Of a DNA stretch of 64,000 nucleotides, positions 48,669 to 58,449 are shown piece by piece. The translations under genes and the position numbers were made by a program. The number at the start of each line of letters is the position of its first letter. Within the stretch, counting starts at the first letter, position 1. Below the pieces are notes generated by a model that was not told where the DNA came from, made no database searches, and was given only the letters and a program-made list of their open reading frames with translations. The stretch covers positions 1,748 to 65,747 of the IMG/VR virus record IMGVR_UViG_3300010885_013533, one strand, 5' to 3'. Source of the stretch: a virus (lineage: Duplodnaviria; Caudoviricetes).

Positions 48669-49152
48669 TGCGGATTTCCTTGATGTGTTTGTCATCTGCC
48701 CCACTTTGTTTGACCATGTCCAGCCATTCAGTTTGTGGCTTGATCTTTTTTAAAATATCACGCTCTTGTTTGTTTGTGTGTGGCCAGTGCTCATGTATAA
48801 AATCATCCAATTTGGGTGTAGTGGTTGCAGATTTGGTCATGGGAATCCAGCCATGATATTGTTTGCGACCTGTGCCACTCACACACATGAGCAGCCACAG
48901 CAGTTCAGGATGTTTGGTCAAACTCCACATGCCCAAGTTGACCAAATCATTAGTGGCCAAGATCTGATAATATTTGGCATCATTCTTATCACTCAGTGTG
49001 CTCATCCACCTGATCATGACTCTGGGTGTAAATGCCCTTTGTTCTTCCTCTGTTAAGTTAACATAAAAGGGCTTTACACCTTTGTCAGCAGCTTCTAACA
49101 CTGTCTGAATATCCAGTTTATATGAGCGTTTGGCTTCAGTCTTTTTGACCAT
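48631..49152 (-). CDS. hypothetical, possibly clamp-loader small subunit (gp62-like)
   Basis: Likely start MVKKTEAK; weak resemblance only, replication-gene context. Confidence 0.45.
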   Translation of the reverse strand: MVKKTEAKRSYKLDIQTVLEAADKGVKPFYVNLTEEEQRAFTPRVMIRWMSTLSDKNDAKYYQILATNDLVNLGMWSLTKHPELLWLLMCVSGTGRKQYHGWIPMTKSATTTPKLDDFIHEHWPHTNKQERDILKKIKPQTEWLDMVKQSGADDKHIKEIRNELQKLQKSDGD

Positions 49153-49319
49153 GTGTGCACGATTCCTGTTTAGTATGATATGATAACGTGAAACCACAAT
49201 GTATTCAAGCTGGATATTCATCATACATCCTAAATACTCCTGAAAGATCACAGTAGTTGTGGTTTTATGGGGTTTAACCCACCCCGTATGGCCTAGAACG
49301 CCACAAGGAGACCAATCAA

Positions 49320-50264
49320 ATGGGAAGACCGTTAAACAAAAGATATTTTGATCCAGTACCTGCCTCAAATGGAGAAGGTGTAGGATCAGTCACAGTAGAA
49401 GACAGAGACAGAGGCAACTATAGCACTCTTCCTACTGTGACATATAGTGCTCCTGAATTAGCTGGTGGCGGGCTGCCCGCCAGCACCACAGTCATGAGAC
49501 TGAGAGGCACAGTGAGTGTGAATGCAGGTGGCACAGGATATACTGCAGGCGACATACTCACCATATCAGGTGGTGGCACCACAGCAGGCACATACACCAC
49601 ACAGGCTGCCATCCGGGTGGCTACTGTGGACGGTAGCGGAGTCATAACAGGATTTTCAGCATTAACTGTGGGCGCTAGCTCCAGAGGTGCATATACTGTG
49701 TTGCCTGCAAAATCAGGTAGTTCTACAACTGCCCTGAATCTGAGTTATGTGACAGGCAGTGGCGGATCAGGAGCTACTGCTAACGTGACATGGGAAGTTA
49801 GTGCTATTACTGTAACAGACACAGGCTCAGGATATGTGGCTGCCCCCACTGTTACATTTACCGGTGGAACCGGTGGTGACAATGCCAGCACATCCGCTGT
49901 CACGCTTACAACCACAGGCACAAATGTGATCTTGGCCAAAGCATTTGTTGTGGGAGGCACACAAGCACTGGACGCCGACATCATCAAGCAAGTTAGTACA
50001 AATGAATATGTGATGGTGACCACTGAAGGTCAGAGCGTGGTCACATTGGTGGCTAGTGACACACTCACAGAAGGGCAAGCCAGCATCACAGCTAACGATG
50101 CACTTGCTGACTTATATTGGGTCGTAAAACTGACTTCCAGATTGGCAGTTCTGGAGCGCAAGGGCGGCACAGGGGTCTATCGATCTGGTGAGGATGCACC
50201 TTGGACACTGGACAGTACTGACATTGATCCAACTGGTCAGACTGTGCAGATCAGAAGCGCATAA
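49320..50264 (+). CDS. virion structural protein
   Basis: MGRPLNKRYF N-terminus, GTGYT/GSGY repeats, AAGGAG RBS, TAAATA at 49231-49236. Confidence 0.75.
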   Translation: MGRPLNKRYFDPVPASNGEGVGSVTVEDRDRGNYSTLPTVTYSAPELAGGGLPASTTVMRLRGTVSVNAGGTGYTAGDILTISGGGTTAGTYTTQAAIRVATVDGSGVITGFSALTVGASSRGAYTVLPAKSGSSTTALNLSYVTGSGGSGATANVTWEVSAITVTDTGSGYVAAPTVTFTGGTGGDNASTSAVTLTTTGTNVILAKAFVVGGTQALDADIIKQVSTNEYVMVTTEGQSVVTLVASDTLTEGQASITANDALADLYWVVKLTSRLAVLERKGGTGVYRSGEDAPWTLDSTDIDPTGQTVQIRSA

Positions 50265-50302
50265 CAAATCGGCCACGGGACTGGTAAAACCTGGCAGACT
50301 CA

Positions 50303-50344
50303 GTGACACCTTCAAGTAAGCCCGAGCGAACTTGAAGGTGTCGC
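50303..50344. terminator. long hairpin between convergent genes
   Basis: GTGACACCTTCAAGT-N12-ACTTGAAGGTGTCGC. Confidence 0.6.
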
Positions 50345-50349
50345 CTTCT

Positions 50350-51783
50350 TTACCATGAGTGATATGCCTGCCTAATACTCTGATCACAAGTTGTGATATC
50401 CAGGGGCACCATCTGGTCAGGCATATATGAGCTGGGTCCTTGAGAGAGGGTCACGGAATCAATATACATGCTATACTTCCCCTCTTCGCAAGTCTTGAGC
50501 ACAGGTGCAATACCCAAGGCTTCCAGAATGGGGTCAAACTGTTGCACAAAGGCAGTGTCCACACCCAGCATGCTCACCCTGGCACCATAATGTGCCTGCT
50601 TGTGTTGTCGCAGCTTGAGCAGGGTGTCCAGCCCTGTGAGATCATGTGGTGCGTGTGATGCCCCAAAGCCCACACTTTTGTAACCCAGCAGCAGCAGGTC
50701 CCAACCTTCCTCCCAACTGCGTTCCAGGATCTGGGCCGTCTCCTCCATGGGCACGCTGCCCACCACATGCTGAGCAGTCACATGCACATAACGATCATCC
50801 CAGCGACCACTGGTTCTATCCACCGCCTGTTTGATCTTGACCACCTTGTTAAGATCTTTGACCCCATGCACACTCACGCCAATAGCACCCACATGAGCTT
50901 TTACAGCTTTCATTAGTGGTTTATTTTTAAGCCAATCCACAAAAAAGGTGGTGAAGTTGGGCACAATGCCATGTGCAGCAGCATACTCCAGCACCTCCGC
51001 TAGGTGTGGGTAGTGAGTTGGCTCACCTCCGCCAACAGCCACTTCAAACACGCCCTGCTGGCCCAGGGCTTTCAGAATGGTTTTGATGTTGTTCAGATCT
51101 GCATGCTTACCTGATTTTGTGCTACTCTGATAACACCACTCACATCCGCCCTGGCAGTAGTCTGTTACTTTAAGGTCCACTAATTCAGGAAAGGTACTCT
51201 TCACATAAGGTGGGACCTGTTCATCAAAGCTCATGCGCACCTTTGTTCCAGAATCAGTATTAAACAGTACCCAGTAGTCTCCATCTTGTCTGACCTTTCG
51301 GTTGCCCAGTTGAGTGAACATTCTGGTGCAATCGTTCTCGAATGAGTTTGCAGGTGGCAGCTGGCCCTCGCTGTTATCATTACCACCCAAGATTACAACA
51401 TCGTCACGCTGCACAAAGTCCCACATGGCGCGAATCAGATCCGGTGTGCGCATAATGCTATCTTGCATGCCATCCCACGTACTCTGATGATCCACACCCA
51501 TATAGTCAGGTAGGTCATGTACATCCACATGATCTCCTAACACACCCTGAATCACATGCAGGATCTCATCACGATTCATACTTGCATCGCTCAGAGCTTG
51601 ATACATCTGTGCGATGAAGTAGGCTGACTTACTATGTGTATCAGCTAAGGTGAACTGTTCCCAGTTGTAGCTGTATCGCGAATATTCGTCAGTGTGTTCT
51701 CGTTGACCCTGGGGAATCATCACAATGGAATGACTGCTGCTGGAGTTGGTGGCAAAACCTGCTCGCACATTATGGATCTTCAC
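50350..51783 (-). CDS. radical SAM protein with N-terminal TNSSSS-motif domain
   Basis: CQGGCEWCY (CxxxCxxC), GGGEPT; N-terminus VRAGFATNSSSSHS. Confidence 0.88.
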   Translation of the reverse strand: MKIHNVRAGFATNSSSSHSIVMIPQGQREHTDEYSRYSYNWEQFTLADTHSKSAYFIAQMYQALSDASMNRDEILHVIQGVLGDHVDVHDLPDYMGVDHQSTWDGMQDSIMRTPDLIRAMWDFVQRDDVVILGGNDNSEGQLPPANSFENDCTRMFTQLGNRKVRQDGDYWVLFNTDSGTKVRMSFDEQVPPYVKSTFPELVDLKVTDYCQGGCEWCYQSSTKSGKHADLNNIKTILKALGQQGVFEVAVGGGEPTHYPHLAEVLEYAAAHGIVPNFTTFFVDWLKNKPLMKAVKAHVGAIGVSVHGVKDLNKVVKIKQAVDRTSGRWDDRYVHVTAQHVVGSVPMEETAQILERSWEEGWDLLLLGYKSVGFGASHAPHDLTGLDTLLKLRQHKQAHYGARVSMLGVDTAFVQQFDPILEALGIAPVLKTCEEGKYSMYIDSVTLSQGPSSYMPDQMVPLDITTCDQSIRQAYHSW

Positions 51784-51811
51784 TTCATATGTCCTGATCG
51801 TTTATGAGTTC

Positions 51812-51839
51812 AGTATATACAATGTGTCTGTTAAGTCAA
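51812..51839 (-). promoter_or_regulatory. sigma70-like promoter TTGACT-N16-TATACT
   Basis: Directly upstream of the radical SAM gene. Confidence 0.65.
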
Positions 51840-51842
51840 CAC

Positions 51843-52343
51843 CTAAACTAACTCTCTAATGTCCAATACATCTAAGTTTTTACCCACATCCTTGATAAAA
51901 AACACACATGCAGGATTGGGTTTATTTTCCACAGGCACAGCCAAAAAGTGACCCAGCTTCAATTTGGGAAAACACCATTTTACATCTGCAAACACATTCA
52001 CAATCTCCACATGCAGAAAATCAGGCATGAACCCAGCTATGGGATTGAATGCAAATGCATCAAATTGTTTGTCCATGATATCCACCAATCGGATAACTTC
52101 CAGATCCCCTGCATGCTTATCACCCACCACCACATGCCAATCTAGCGGCATTTGTATGTTGTGATTACCTACTTTGAGATCAGCACATGGAGAATGGAAT
52201 ATGTCCAAAAACACCAAAGGGGGCCAATAATAGTCTATGCAATCACGATCACTATAGTCTAACACACAGTATCTTAAATCGTCCACTTTGTCAGGCATGG
52301 TGTTCAAATTGAACACCTGGTTATCCACTGTCAATATTTTCAT
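51843..52343 (-). CDS. hypothetical phage protein
   Basis: 166-aa ORF downstream of the helicase, TAAATA upstream. Confidence 0.7.
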   Translation of the reverse strand: MKILTVDNQVFNLNTMPDKVDDLRYCVLDYSDRDCIDYYWPPLVFLDIFHSPCADLKVGNHNIQMPLDWHVVVGDKHAGDLEVIRLVDIMDKQFDAFAFNPIAGFMPDFLHVEIVNVFADVKWCFPKLKLGHFLAVPVENKPNPACVFFIKDVGKNLDVLDIRELV

Positions 52344-52367
52344 GTGGATATTTAAAGTGACTGACTG

Positions 52368-54938
52368 CTATAAGTGGATTTTTTTCACATCAAAAGGATA
52401 CTCAGCGTTCTTGTAGAATTGTTTGCGTTTGAGCAGGTGGTTGTTGCTAAACTTCATCTTGCTACAAACATCAACCACAGCTACAGCATCCTTATCATCC
52501 GCCATGCGCAATCCTCTACCAATGCTCTGGATGGTTCTCACAAAGCTCTTGCCAGCTTCCACCAACACCAAATTGAAAATACGATTGATGCTGATACCTG
52601 TGCTGGTGGTGCCATATGTGGCAATCATGATCTTGTTGTCGCTGAAGTTGATTTCCTTGTAATGTTCACGACGATCAGAACTTTTCATTTCACCACTAAT
52701 GAACACAGCGTCGCTGATTTGGTTGTACAGCTTCTGTCCAGTTTCAATACGATCCACCAACACTAAGGTGTTCCCTGACCCTCCCAGTTTCTCAATCTCA
52801 TCTGCCAGCCATTTGAGCCGCATGTCATTTGTTACCAAATACTTGAGCTCTTCCTGGTAGTTGTTGTATTGAGCAGTTTCCTGTGTTTGCCAAACTGTGA
52901 CCTGACATTTGGCCAACACACCTTTGTCCTGCAACTCTTTGGCTGTTAGTTTGCCAATTTCTGGACCAATGGCTGTGAACAGACCCATCTGTTTGTAATC
53001 TTCTTCAGGAATGGTGCCTGTGAGACCCCACCTGATGGGTATGTTTTTGAACACTGAGGTCATCAGCTTGTGTAGAATATTTGTATCCTTTATCGCGTGC
53101 GCTTCATCAACTATGACTGCCACAAGTCCTTTGAGGAACTTTTCCATCTGATCATTATCCAGACAGTCCTTGTGCTTTTTTTCAAGCACATTCAAACTCT
53201 GCCAGGTGCAGATGGTGTGGGTGCAATCATATTCCTTGCGATCACCAAACAGCACCCCCACATCCAGACCCAGGTTGCGATAATCCTCTTCTGTCTGTTG
53301 CACCAGATTCTTGTTGGGTACAATCACGATGGTGCGCCCATATGGTTCCACCATCTTGCTGAGTGTGGCAGTCACCAGGGTGTTATGTGTCATCACAAAA
53401 TCATCTGTCAGATACAAGTGATCAGGATCATCAATCATGATGCATTTGACAGGTTCATGTGATACCTTTTTGATATCAGTAATGTGGAGAACTGGAAGAG
53501 TCCTTGCGTTACGATTGCGGATTCGGTCTAACTTGCGTGGTAGAGACACTAATAATTCAGGTGTGGGATGATATAACCTAATAGTATATGCATCTTTGGC
53601 AGGAATTCTGTCCCCAGATTTATTCACATAAGATCTGTTCTTTAATACCTTGGTATATGCTATACCTCCCACACTTCTGATCAGATGCACAAAGTCTGCT
53701 GCCAATTGTGGGCTAACAGTAGTAAATGAATAATCCCCTCTTTTACTCACATAACCGTCTGTGTCCATGAGACCCTGAATTAATTCCACCCTCTGTGGGT
53801 AGGATGCATTCAAATAGATTTCAGGAATAAATTTTGTGTGGCTATATGCGCCCATAAGACCTAGTTCAGCAATAATAGATTTATAGCGATGGTATGAAGG
53901 AATCTGTTGATCTCTAATGATCTTACCATGTGTGTCCCTCTTTTGAGTTTTTGTATATTCAGATCTATACATCATATGAGTTGAATAATCTTTAAACACC
54001 ACGCTACAGTCAAGCCGGCCACAATATTTTAACACATAATCTGAATGAAGTAAGCTGGAAAACTTATCCAGAATAAATTGATCTTGTGATGTGAATCCAA
54101 TGTTGTTTCTAAATGATCCGTCGCCCAACATAGCTCCCAACAGGTATGGTTCTAACGGCAGAGATCTAGGTTGGACATCTTGATTCATAGCTGCTAGTGG
54201 CACACCAATGCATCTCCTAGTTTTATTTTTTAATGCAATGACGTCTTTCAAACTTAACAGTTTAAATTTATTCTGCCAGTCATGGTGAAAGATGGGCCAA
54301 ATATGGTCTTCACAAGACCTCACCTTTCTGCCATCTTTGAATGTAAGTTCATACACATCCTTGTGACCTGGATCAAATATTGCTTGAACTTGCACAGAGT
54401 TGCCTTTTGGGGTCATCACTTGATCCCCCACTTGCAGATCTCCCATAGTGGTCCAACCATTTGGTGTTTTAACTTTGGCATATAAGGGTTGACATTTACC
54501 CGCACTTGTGGGTAGTACCTGGACACCCTGTAAGTTCTGCAAACAGCAGTTGACGGCATCTGCCTGATAGTCTCGCAATTGAATGGGTTCACCTGCAAAA
54601 CGATGTCCATGAGGCCAAGTTTGGTCACACAAATATTGTTCATCTACTGTGTCAAATTCAAACTTGTGATATGCACGCTGGTCATCAATTTCAAATTCAT
54701 AACCCTTCTCTTGCAATACGCCCATGAGTACATCCAGGCAGTTAAGATAGGTCTTGCCACCTTGTGTCATGAAGCTTGTGGTTCCGTCCCATTTACCTAT
54801 TTTATAGGCAGGGGAATATCTAGCCGAAGGCAGGAAAAACTGAACCTTCTTGATCATGGCTCTCTTGGTGGCCAAGTCCACATTCTGAATGTGCACATTA
54901 ACTTCATCCTCAATCACAATCTTGGCTACTTGATCCAT
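52368..54938 (-). CDS. uvsW: UvsW-like SF2 DNA helicase containing an intein
   Basis: LRDYQ, PTSAGK/T, VDEAH, GLTGT, STGISI, QSIGRGLR. Confidence 0.9.
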   Translation of the reverse strand: MDQVAKIVIEDEVNVHIQNVDLATKRAMIKKVQFFLPSARYSPAYKIGKWDGTTSFMTQGGKTYLNCLDVLMGVLQEKGYEFEIDDQRAYHKFEFDTVDEQYLCDQTWPHGHRFAGEPIQLRDYQADAVNCCLQNLQGVQVLPTSAGKCQPLYAKVKTPNGWTTMGDLQVGDQVMTPKGNSVQVQAIFDPGHKDVYELTFKDGRKVRSCEDHIWPIFHHDWQNKFKLLSLKDVIALKNKTRRCIGVPLAAMNQDVQPRSLPLEPYLLGAMLGDGSFRNNIGFTSQDQFILDKFSSLLHSDYVLKYCGRLDCSVVFKDYSTHMMYRSEYTKTQKRDTHGKIIRDQQIPSYHRYKSIIAELGLMGAYSHTKFIPEIYLNASYPQRVELIQGLMDTDGYVSKRGDYSFTTVSPQLAADFVHLIRSVGGIAYTKVLKNRSYVNKSGDRIPAKDAYTIRLYHPTPELLVSLPRKLDRIRNRNARTLPVLHITDIKKVSHEPVKCIMIDDPDHLYLTDDFVMTHNTLVTATLSKMVEPYGRTIVIVPNKNLVQQTEEDYRNLGLDVGVLFGDRKEYDCTHTICTWQSLNVLEKKHKDCLDNDQMEKFLKGLVAVIVDEAHAIKDTNILHKLMTSVFKNIPIRWGLTGTIPEEDYKQMGLFTAIGPEIGKLTAKELQDKGVLAKCQVTVWQTQETAQYNNYQEELKYLVTNDMRLKWLADEIEKLGGSGNTLVLVDRIETGQKLYNQISDAVFISGEMKSSDRREHYKEINFSDNKIMIATYGTTSTGISINRIFNLVLVEAGKSFVRTIQSIGRGLRMADDKDAVAVVDVCSKMKFSNNHLLKRKQFYKNAEYPFDVKKIHL
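53382..54494 (-). mobile_element. 371-aa intein with LAGLIDADG endonuclease in Walker A
   Basis: GK/CQPL…; YLLGAMLGDG and LIQGLMDTDG; …FVMTHN/T. Confidence 0.93.
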
Positions 54939-55074
54939 GTGGTTCTTTCTCTATTAGGATAAACAATCCTGTATGTTAATTTATACCAAACTGGAACTCA
55001 ACACATACAGTCATAAAAAACCCCACCAATTTGGTGAGGCGTTGTACAATTACACATGGTAATTTTGGGATCAC

Positions 55075-55359
55075 TTACGGTGTGTCTCCCAAATGTTTTG
55101 AATACAGTTTGAGCTTATCGAATTTTCTCTGTTTAGCAAGCTCTATTTCAAGTGTGCCTATTTGATAGTGTCTGCAAACTAGATCAGCTAATGCCAATAC
55201 ATCCCCTATCTCTTGAATCAGACGTTGCCGAGCACTAACACCAGGCTGCTCAGGATTTTCGCTTATCAAACCAAAACGTTTGACCTTGCTCAAGATAACA
55301 ATCAGCTCACCGCATTCCTCTTGCAGAATGTCCAGGGCTTCAGTTTGTGCATTTTCCAT
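55075..55359 (-). CDS. MazG-like NTP pyrophosphohydrolase
   Basis: QEECGELI…QEIGDV; start uncertain. Confidence 0.75.
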   Translation of the reverse strand: MENAQTEALDILQEECGELIVILSKVKRFGLISENPEQPGVSARQRLIQEIGDVLALADLVCRHYQIGTLEIELAKQRKFDKLKLYSKHLGDTP

Positions 55360-55450
55360 GATCAGATTATGATGTATGTGCATACAGATTTCAAATGAGA
55401 TCTAATCCCAATATGAAGAATTTTTATCCCATGTGGGAAAACCAGGATGG

Positions 55451-55915
55451 TCAAGTTACTATGACCACCCTATCAAAACCTTCAGACTGGTGGGGAGGTT
55501 CCAACTGGCTCTTCATGGCCATGACCACATTCACAGGAATCATCTTACCAGGACGACTGGCCAATCGCCTCTGGAGTTCTGCGTCACCAGGTGTGGGGAA
55601 ATACACAGCCACCTTTTCATAGGTGAGAGGAATTTGTGCAAACTTGGGTGCACGAGCCTTGGCTGTTACGTTAGTTTGATCCCAATACACATCTTTCTGA
55701 TCTGCGATAGCCTTACGCAGATCTTCCTTCATGAGGCGAGTGGCTTCACCAATCACCTTCTTGAAGATGAGTGTGTAGGTGGTGTTGTTCAGCTGGGCAA
55801 AGTGCTCCACATAGTTGTCTGTGCTGAGCACGACAGCATTGGTCTGAACCTGCTTGCTGAGCCAAAAACTTTTTCCTGAGCCAGGGACGCCAATCAGCAT
55901 ATAAAGAGTGGGCAT
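55451..55915 (-). CDS. P-loop kinase (AAA_33 / polynucleotide kinase-like)
   Basis: GVPGSGKS, STD, WDQTN, RxxxR. Confidence 0.85.
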   Translation of the reverse strand: MPTLYMLIGVPGSGKSFWLSKQVQTNAVVLSTDNYVEHFAQLNNTTYTLIFKKVIGEATRLMKEDLRKAIADQKDVYWDQTNVTAKARAPKFAQIPLTYEKVAVYFPTPGDAELQRRLASRPGKMIPVNVVMAMKSQLEPPHQSEGFDRVVIVT

Positions 55916-56091
55916 CAGCGGTTTTCGCAGCTCACAAGATACTGAGTTTCCACACCAGCCGCACGGTTGGCGCGGTTGATCACCTGTACCACACGGATCT
56001 CATCTATGCAGTCACCATGTTTGGCAACAATTTCCATACGACCAGGCTGGATCACACCAGCCACCATCATGATCACAACTAGCACGTTCAT
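55915..56091 (-). CDS. 58-aa protein with hydrophobic N-terminus (not in ORF track)
   Basis: MNVLVVIMMVAGVIQPG…; AAGGAG RBS; TGATG overlap. Confidence 0.6.
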   Translation of the reverse strand: MNVLVVIMMVAGVIQPGRMEIVAKHGDCIDEIRVVQVINRANRAAGVETQYLVSCENR

Positions 56092-56133
56092 GTTATTTCT
56101 CCTTGTATGTTTGATACACTAGCAGGAAGTGGT

Positions 56134-56328
56134 TTAGTTGTCAACCTGTTTATTTTCACATTCCTGCACCTGCAACTGAATCACCTTCACACTGCCATAT
56201 TCTGCCAGCCCGCGATGCTCATGCTCTATAAGATATGCCAGGGACGCTATCAGCTCAGGTTGCGTCATCTGGTCCACACCATCCTTGTCAGTGGGTGTGA
56301 ACTCCATGTGCACCACAACTTTCTTCAT
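56134..56328 (-). CDS. small hypothetical protein
   Basis: Likely start MKKVVVHM just after the ATPase stop. Confidence 0.5.
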   Translation of the reverse strand: MKKVVVHMEFTPTDKDGVDQMTQPELIASLAYLIEHEHRGLAEYGSVKVIQLQVQECENKQVDN

Positions 56329-56330
56329 GA

Positions 56331-57371
56331 TCAGCGGCCCCCATTCTTGAACAGGGTCTTGCTGGCCCGGCTCTGCCAGTTCTGCGGCATTGCCTTCATG
56401 AGATCTGCACACTTCTTAACCGTGCGCAGATCCATCTGCGCAATGCGATCCACATTATCCATGATCCAGCTCAGCAGCGTCTCACGCTCGCGCTTGCTGA
56501 AATCATATTCCTCCAGCATGTCCGAGTTCAGGGCCACATTGCGGATGTGGATCAGTCGCTCACGCATGGTGGTGATCATCAAGTCCAAATAATGGACTCG
56601 ACTTACAATAGCCTCACAATGTGGTGCCAGCTTGCCGCTCTTGACCTGGTTCAGCTTCATGTTGGTGAGGAAGATCACACCACCATGGAATTCAAAGCTA
56701 GTGGGCACTTCCATCTTTTCCAGCGCAAATCCAGCACTGCCCCAGGTGATCTTGCGAGTTTTTTTCGTGTCCAGGGCAGCTTTCAGAATGTTCAGCGCAT
56801 CAATGTCTTCCAGCACATCACAGTCATCCAGCACCAGCACACTGCCCTTGTCAGCCATTTCGTACAGCTTGGTGTACAGCATGATGGGAGTGATGTGACC
56901 ACAAATCACATCAAACTTGGGCTTAACGCCCAGCAGCTTGGCTTGCATGCCCAGGGTCTCATCAAGCTCTGTGAGCACAGTCTGGCTCTTGCCAATGCCA
57001 GCAGGCCCACTCACCACCAAGCCCTTGATCACACCTGAAGCCACGGCCGCAGTCATCTCTGCCAGGATCTCAAAAGTCTCCTTGAGGTCCGTGGCAATCT
57101 CGTCGTCTGTGCGAGTGGGCACTTCTTCCTGCGCAACCGTAGCAGCACCCTGCTTGGCATCAATCAGCTCAAAGTCAGTGCCGCTCTTGATGAAGATGCG
57201 GTTCTTGCCCTGACGCAGGCCTTCCTGTCCTTCGCCCTCCACAGTGATGTACAGCCCCAGGTTGGGTTCACGCTGCATGTGGCCCATAAGGCGCAGCACG
57301 CGGTTCTCAATGTGCACACCGGCCTTGGTGTGGCCCTGGATAACACGGACAAAAGTGTTGTTCAGTTCCAT
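56331..57371 (-). CDS. phage AAA-type ATPase
   Basis: SGPAGIGKS, VLDDCD, LKAALD, IFLTN. Confidence 0.85.
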   Translation of the reverse strand: MELNNTFVRVIQGHTKAGVHIENRVLRLMGHMQREPNLGLYITVEGEGQEGLRQGKNRIFIKSGTDFELIDAKQGAATVAQEEVPTRTDDEIATDLKETFEILAEMTAAVASGVIKGLVVSGPAGIGKSQTVLTELDETLGMQAKLLGVKPKFDVICGHITPIMLYTKLYEMADKGSVLVLDDCDVLEDIDALNILKAALDTKKTRKITWGSAGFALEKMEVPTSFEFHGGVIFLTNMKLNQVKSGKLAPHCEAIVSRVHYLDLMITTMRERLIHIRNVALNSDMLEEYDFSKRERETLLSWIMDNVDRIAQMDLRTVKKCADLMKAMPQNWQSRASKTLFKNGGR

Positions 57372-57497
57372 GTGGTATGCTTCCTTGTTGCTATGTGGCT
57401 TTTATAACATGGTATCTGCAAGCTGTCTACCAAAAAAGGTGCCTTTTGAACCTTTTTTTCGCAGCCTGTGTCAAGTGTGATCGTCGTCTTCATGTGC

Positions 57498-57525
57498 ATG
57501 ATAGCATGATTAGCCCAAATGTCTA
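57498..57525 (-). promoter_or_regulatory. sigma70-like promoter TAGACA-N16-TATCAT
   Basis: Leftward promoter at the strand switch. Confidence 0.5.
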
Positions 57526-57593
57526 GCTAAATCTCATGTGAAAATCATGCAGAAATTGGGTAAAATTTGTAATAAAATTACGCGAGAATTTGG

Positions 57594-57621
57594 TTGACAG
57601 AGTGGCTCATCGTGTTACACT
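57594..57621 (+). promoter_or_regulatory. early promoter TTGACA-N16-TACACT
   Basis: Upstream of ORF 57650. Confidence 0.7.
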
Positions 57622-57649
57622 GGCCACATAAAGCAAGGAATTTGGACAC

Positions 57650-58003
57650 ATGACATATGTGGGATATCACAAGGTGCTGCCCATCCATCCTGGTGATGTT
57701 GTCGTCATCCCCAAGGGCACTAGGGTCAAGAGCATGCATCCTGGTCGTGCCAGTTATGTGACCACTCGTGCTCAACGTGTGAAGGTCAACCACATGATGC
57801 CTGGTTGCTCCTGGCACTACAGTATGATTGGTGAGCGTGAGGCCCGTGACTTTGGTCTCAACTTGGACACACTCCAGGAATTGCGACGCACAGATGGTCT
57901 CAAGTACATGGACTCCTACCACCATGTGAGCAATCCTGCTGTGGTGTGGGCCGGTACCGGTGGTTACTGGTGTGAAGTGGACATCAATCTGGTGCTGAGT
58001 TAA
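57650..58003 (+). CDS. hypothetical early protein
   Basis: AAGGA RBS, own promoter. Confidence 0.75.
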   Translation: MTYVGYHKVLPIHPGDVVVIPKGTRVKSMHPGRASYVTTRAQRVKVNHMMPGCSWHYSMIGEREARDFGLNLDTLQELRRTDGLKYMDSYHHVSNPAVVWAGTGGYWCEVDINLVLS

Positions 58004-58011
58004 CAACTTGG

Positions 58012-58039
58012 TTGACAACCAATATCGTCATGCTATACT
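58012..58039 (+). promoter_or_regulatory. early promoter TTGACA-N16-TATACT
   Basis: Extended TGn -10; upstream of ORF 58067. Confidence 0.75.
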
Positions 58040-58066
58040 AACATCATAAAGCAAGGACCCACACAC

Positions 58067-58387
58067 ATGACACTTCCCAAGCCTGTATATCCCTACATTG
58101 GTCGCTTGTATCAGGCTGCTGTGAATGCGGGAGTCAGTCCAGGCACCCTGAACCGTGAAAGTGCTGACAGCCTGATTCGCATTCTGCAACGAGGCAATTG
58201 GGCCAAGGATAATGAGGACATCATCAACATGTGGAACCGTGGTGGCGACACCTATGGTGATATGATCAAGGCAGTACGAGCTTATCACAACCAGGTCAAT
58301 CAGGCAGCTCGTGCACAAAAGGCTGCGGAACGTGCACAAGCCAAAGCAGATGCTCAGGCTGCCAAACTGGCTGCCAAAGCTGTGTGA
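58067..58387 (+). CDS. hypothetical early protein
   Basis: AAGGA RBS; Ala/Lys-rich tail. Confidence 0.75.
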   Translation: MTLPKPVYPYIGRLYQAAVNAGVSPGTLNRESADSLIRILQRGNWAKDNEDIINMWNRGGDTYGDMIKAVRAYHNQVNQAARAQKAAERAQAKADAQAAKLAAKAV

Positions 58388-58394
58388 AAAACAG

Positions 58395-58422
58395 TTGACA
58401 GGCTGCATGATCAAGTTATAGT
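58395..58422 (+). promoter_or_regulatory. early promoter TTGACA-N16-TATAGT
   Basis: Upstream of ORF 58450. Confidence 0.7.
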
Positions 58423-58449
58423 GACCACATAGAGCAAGGAGATTGCATT

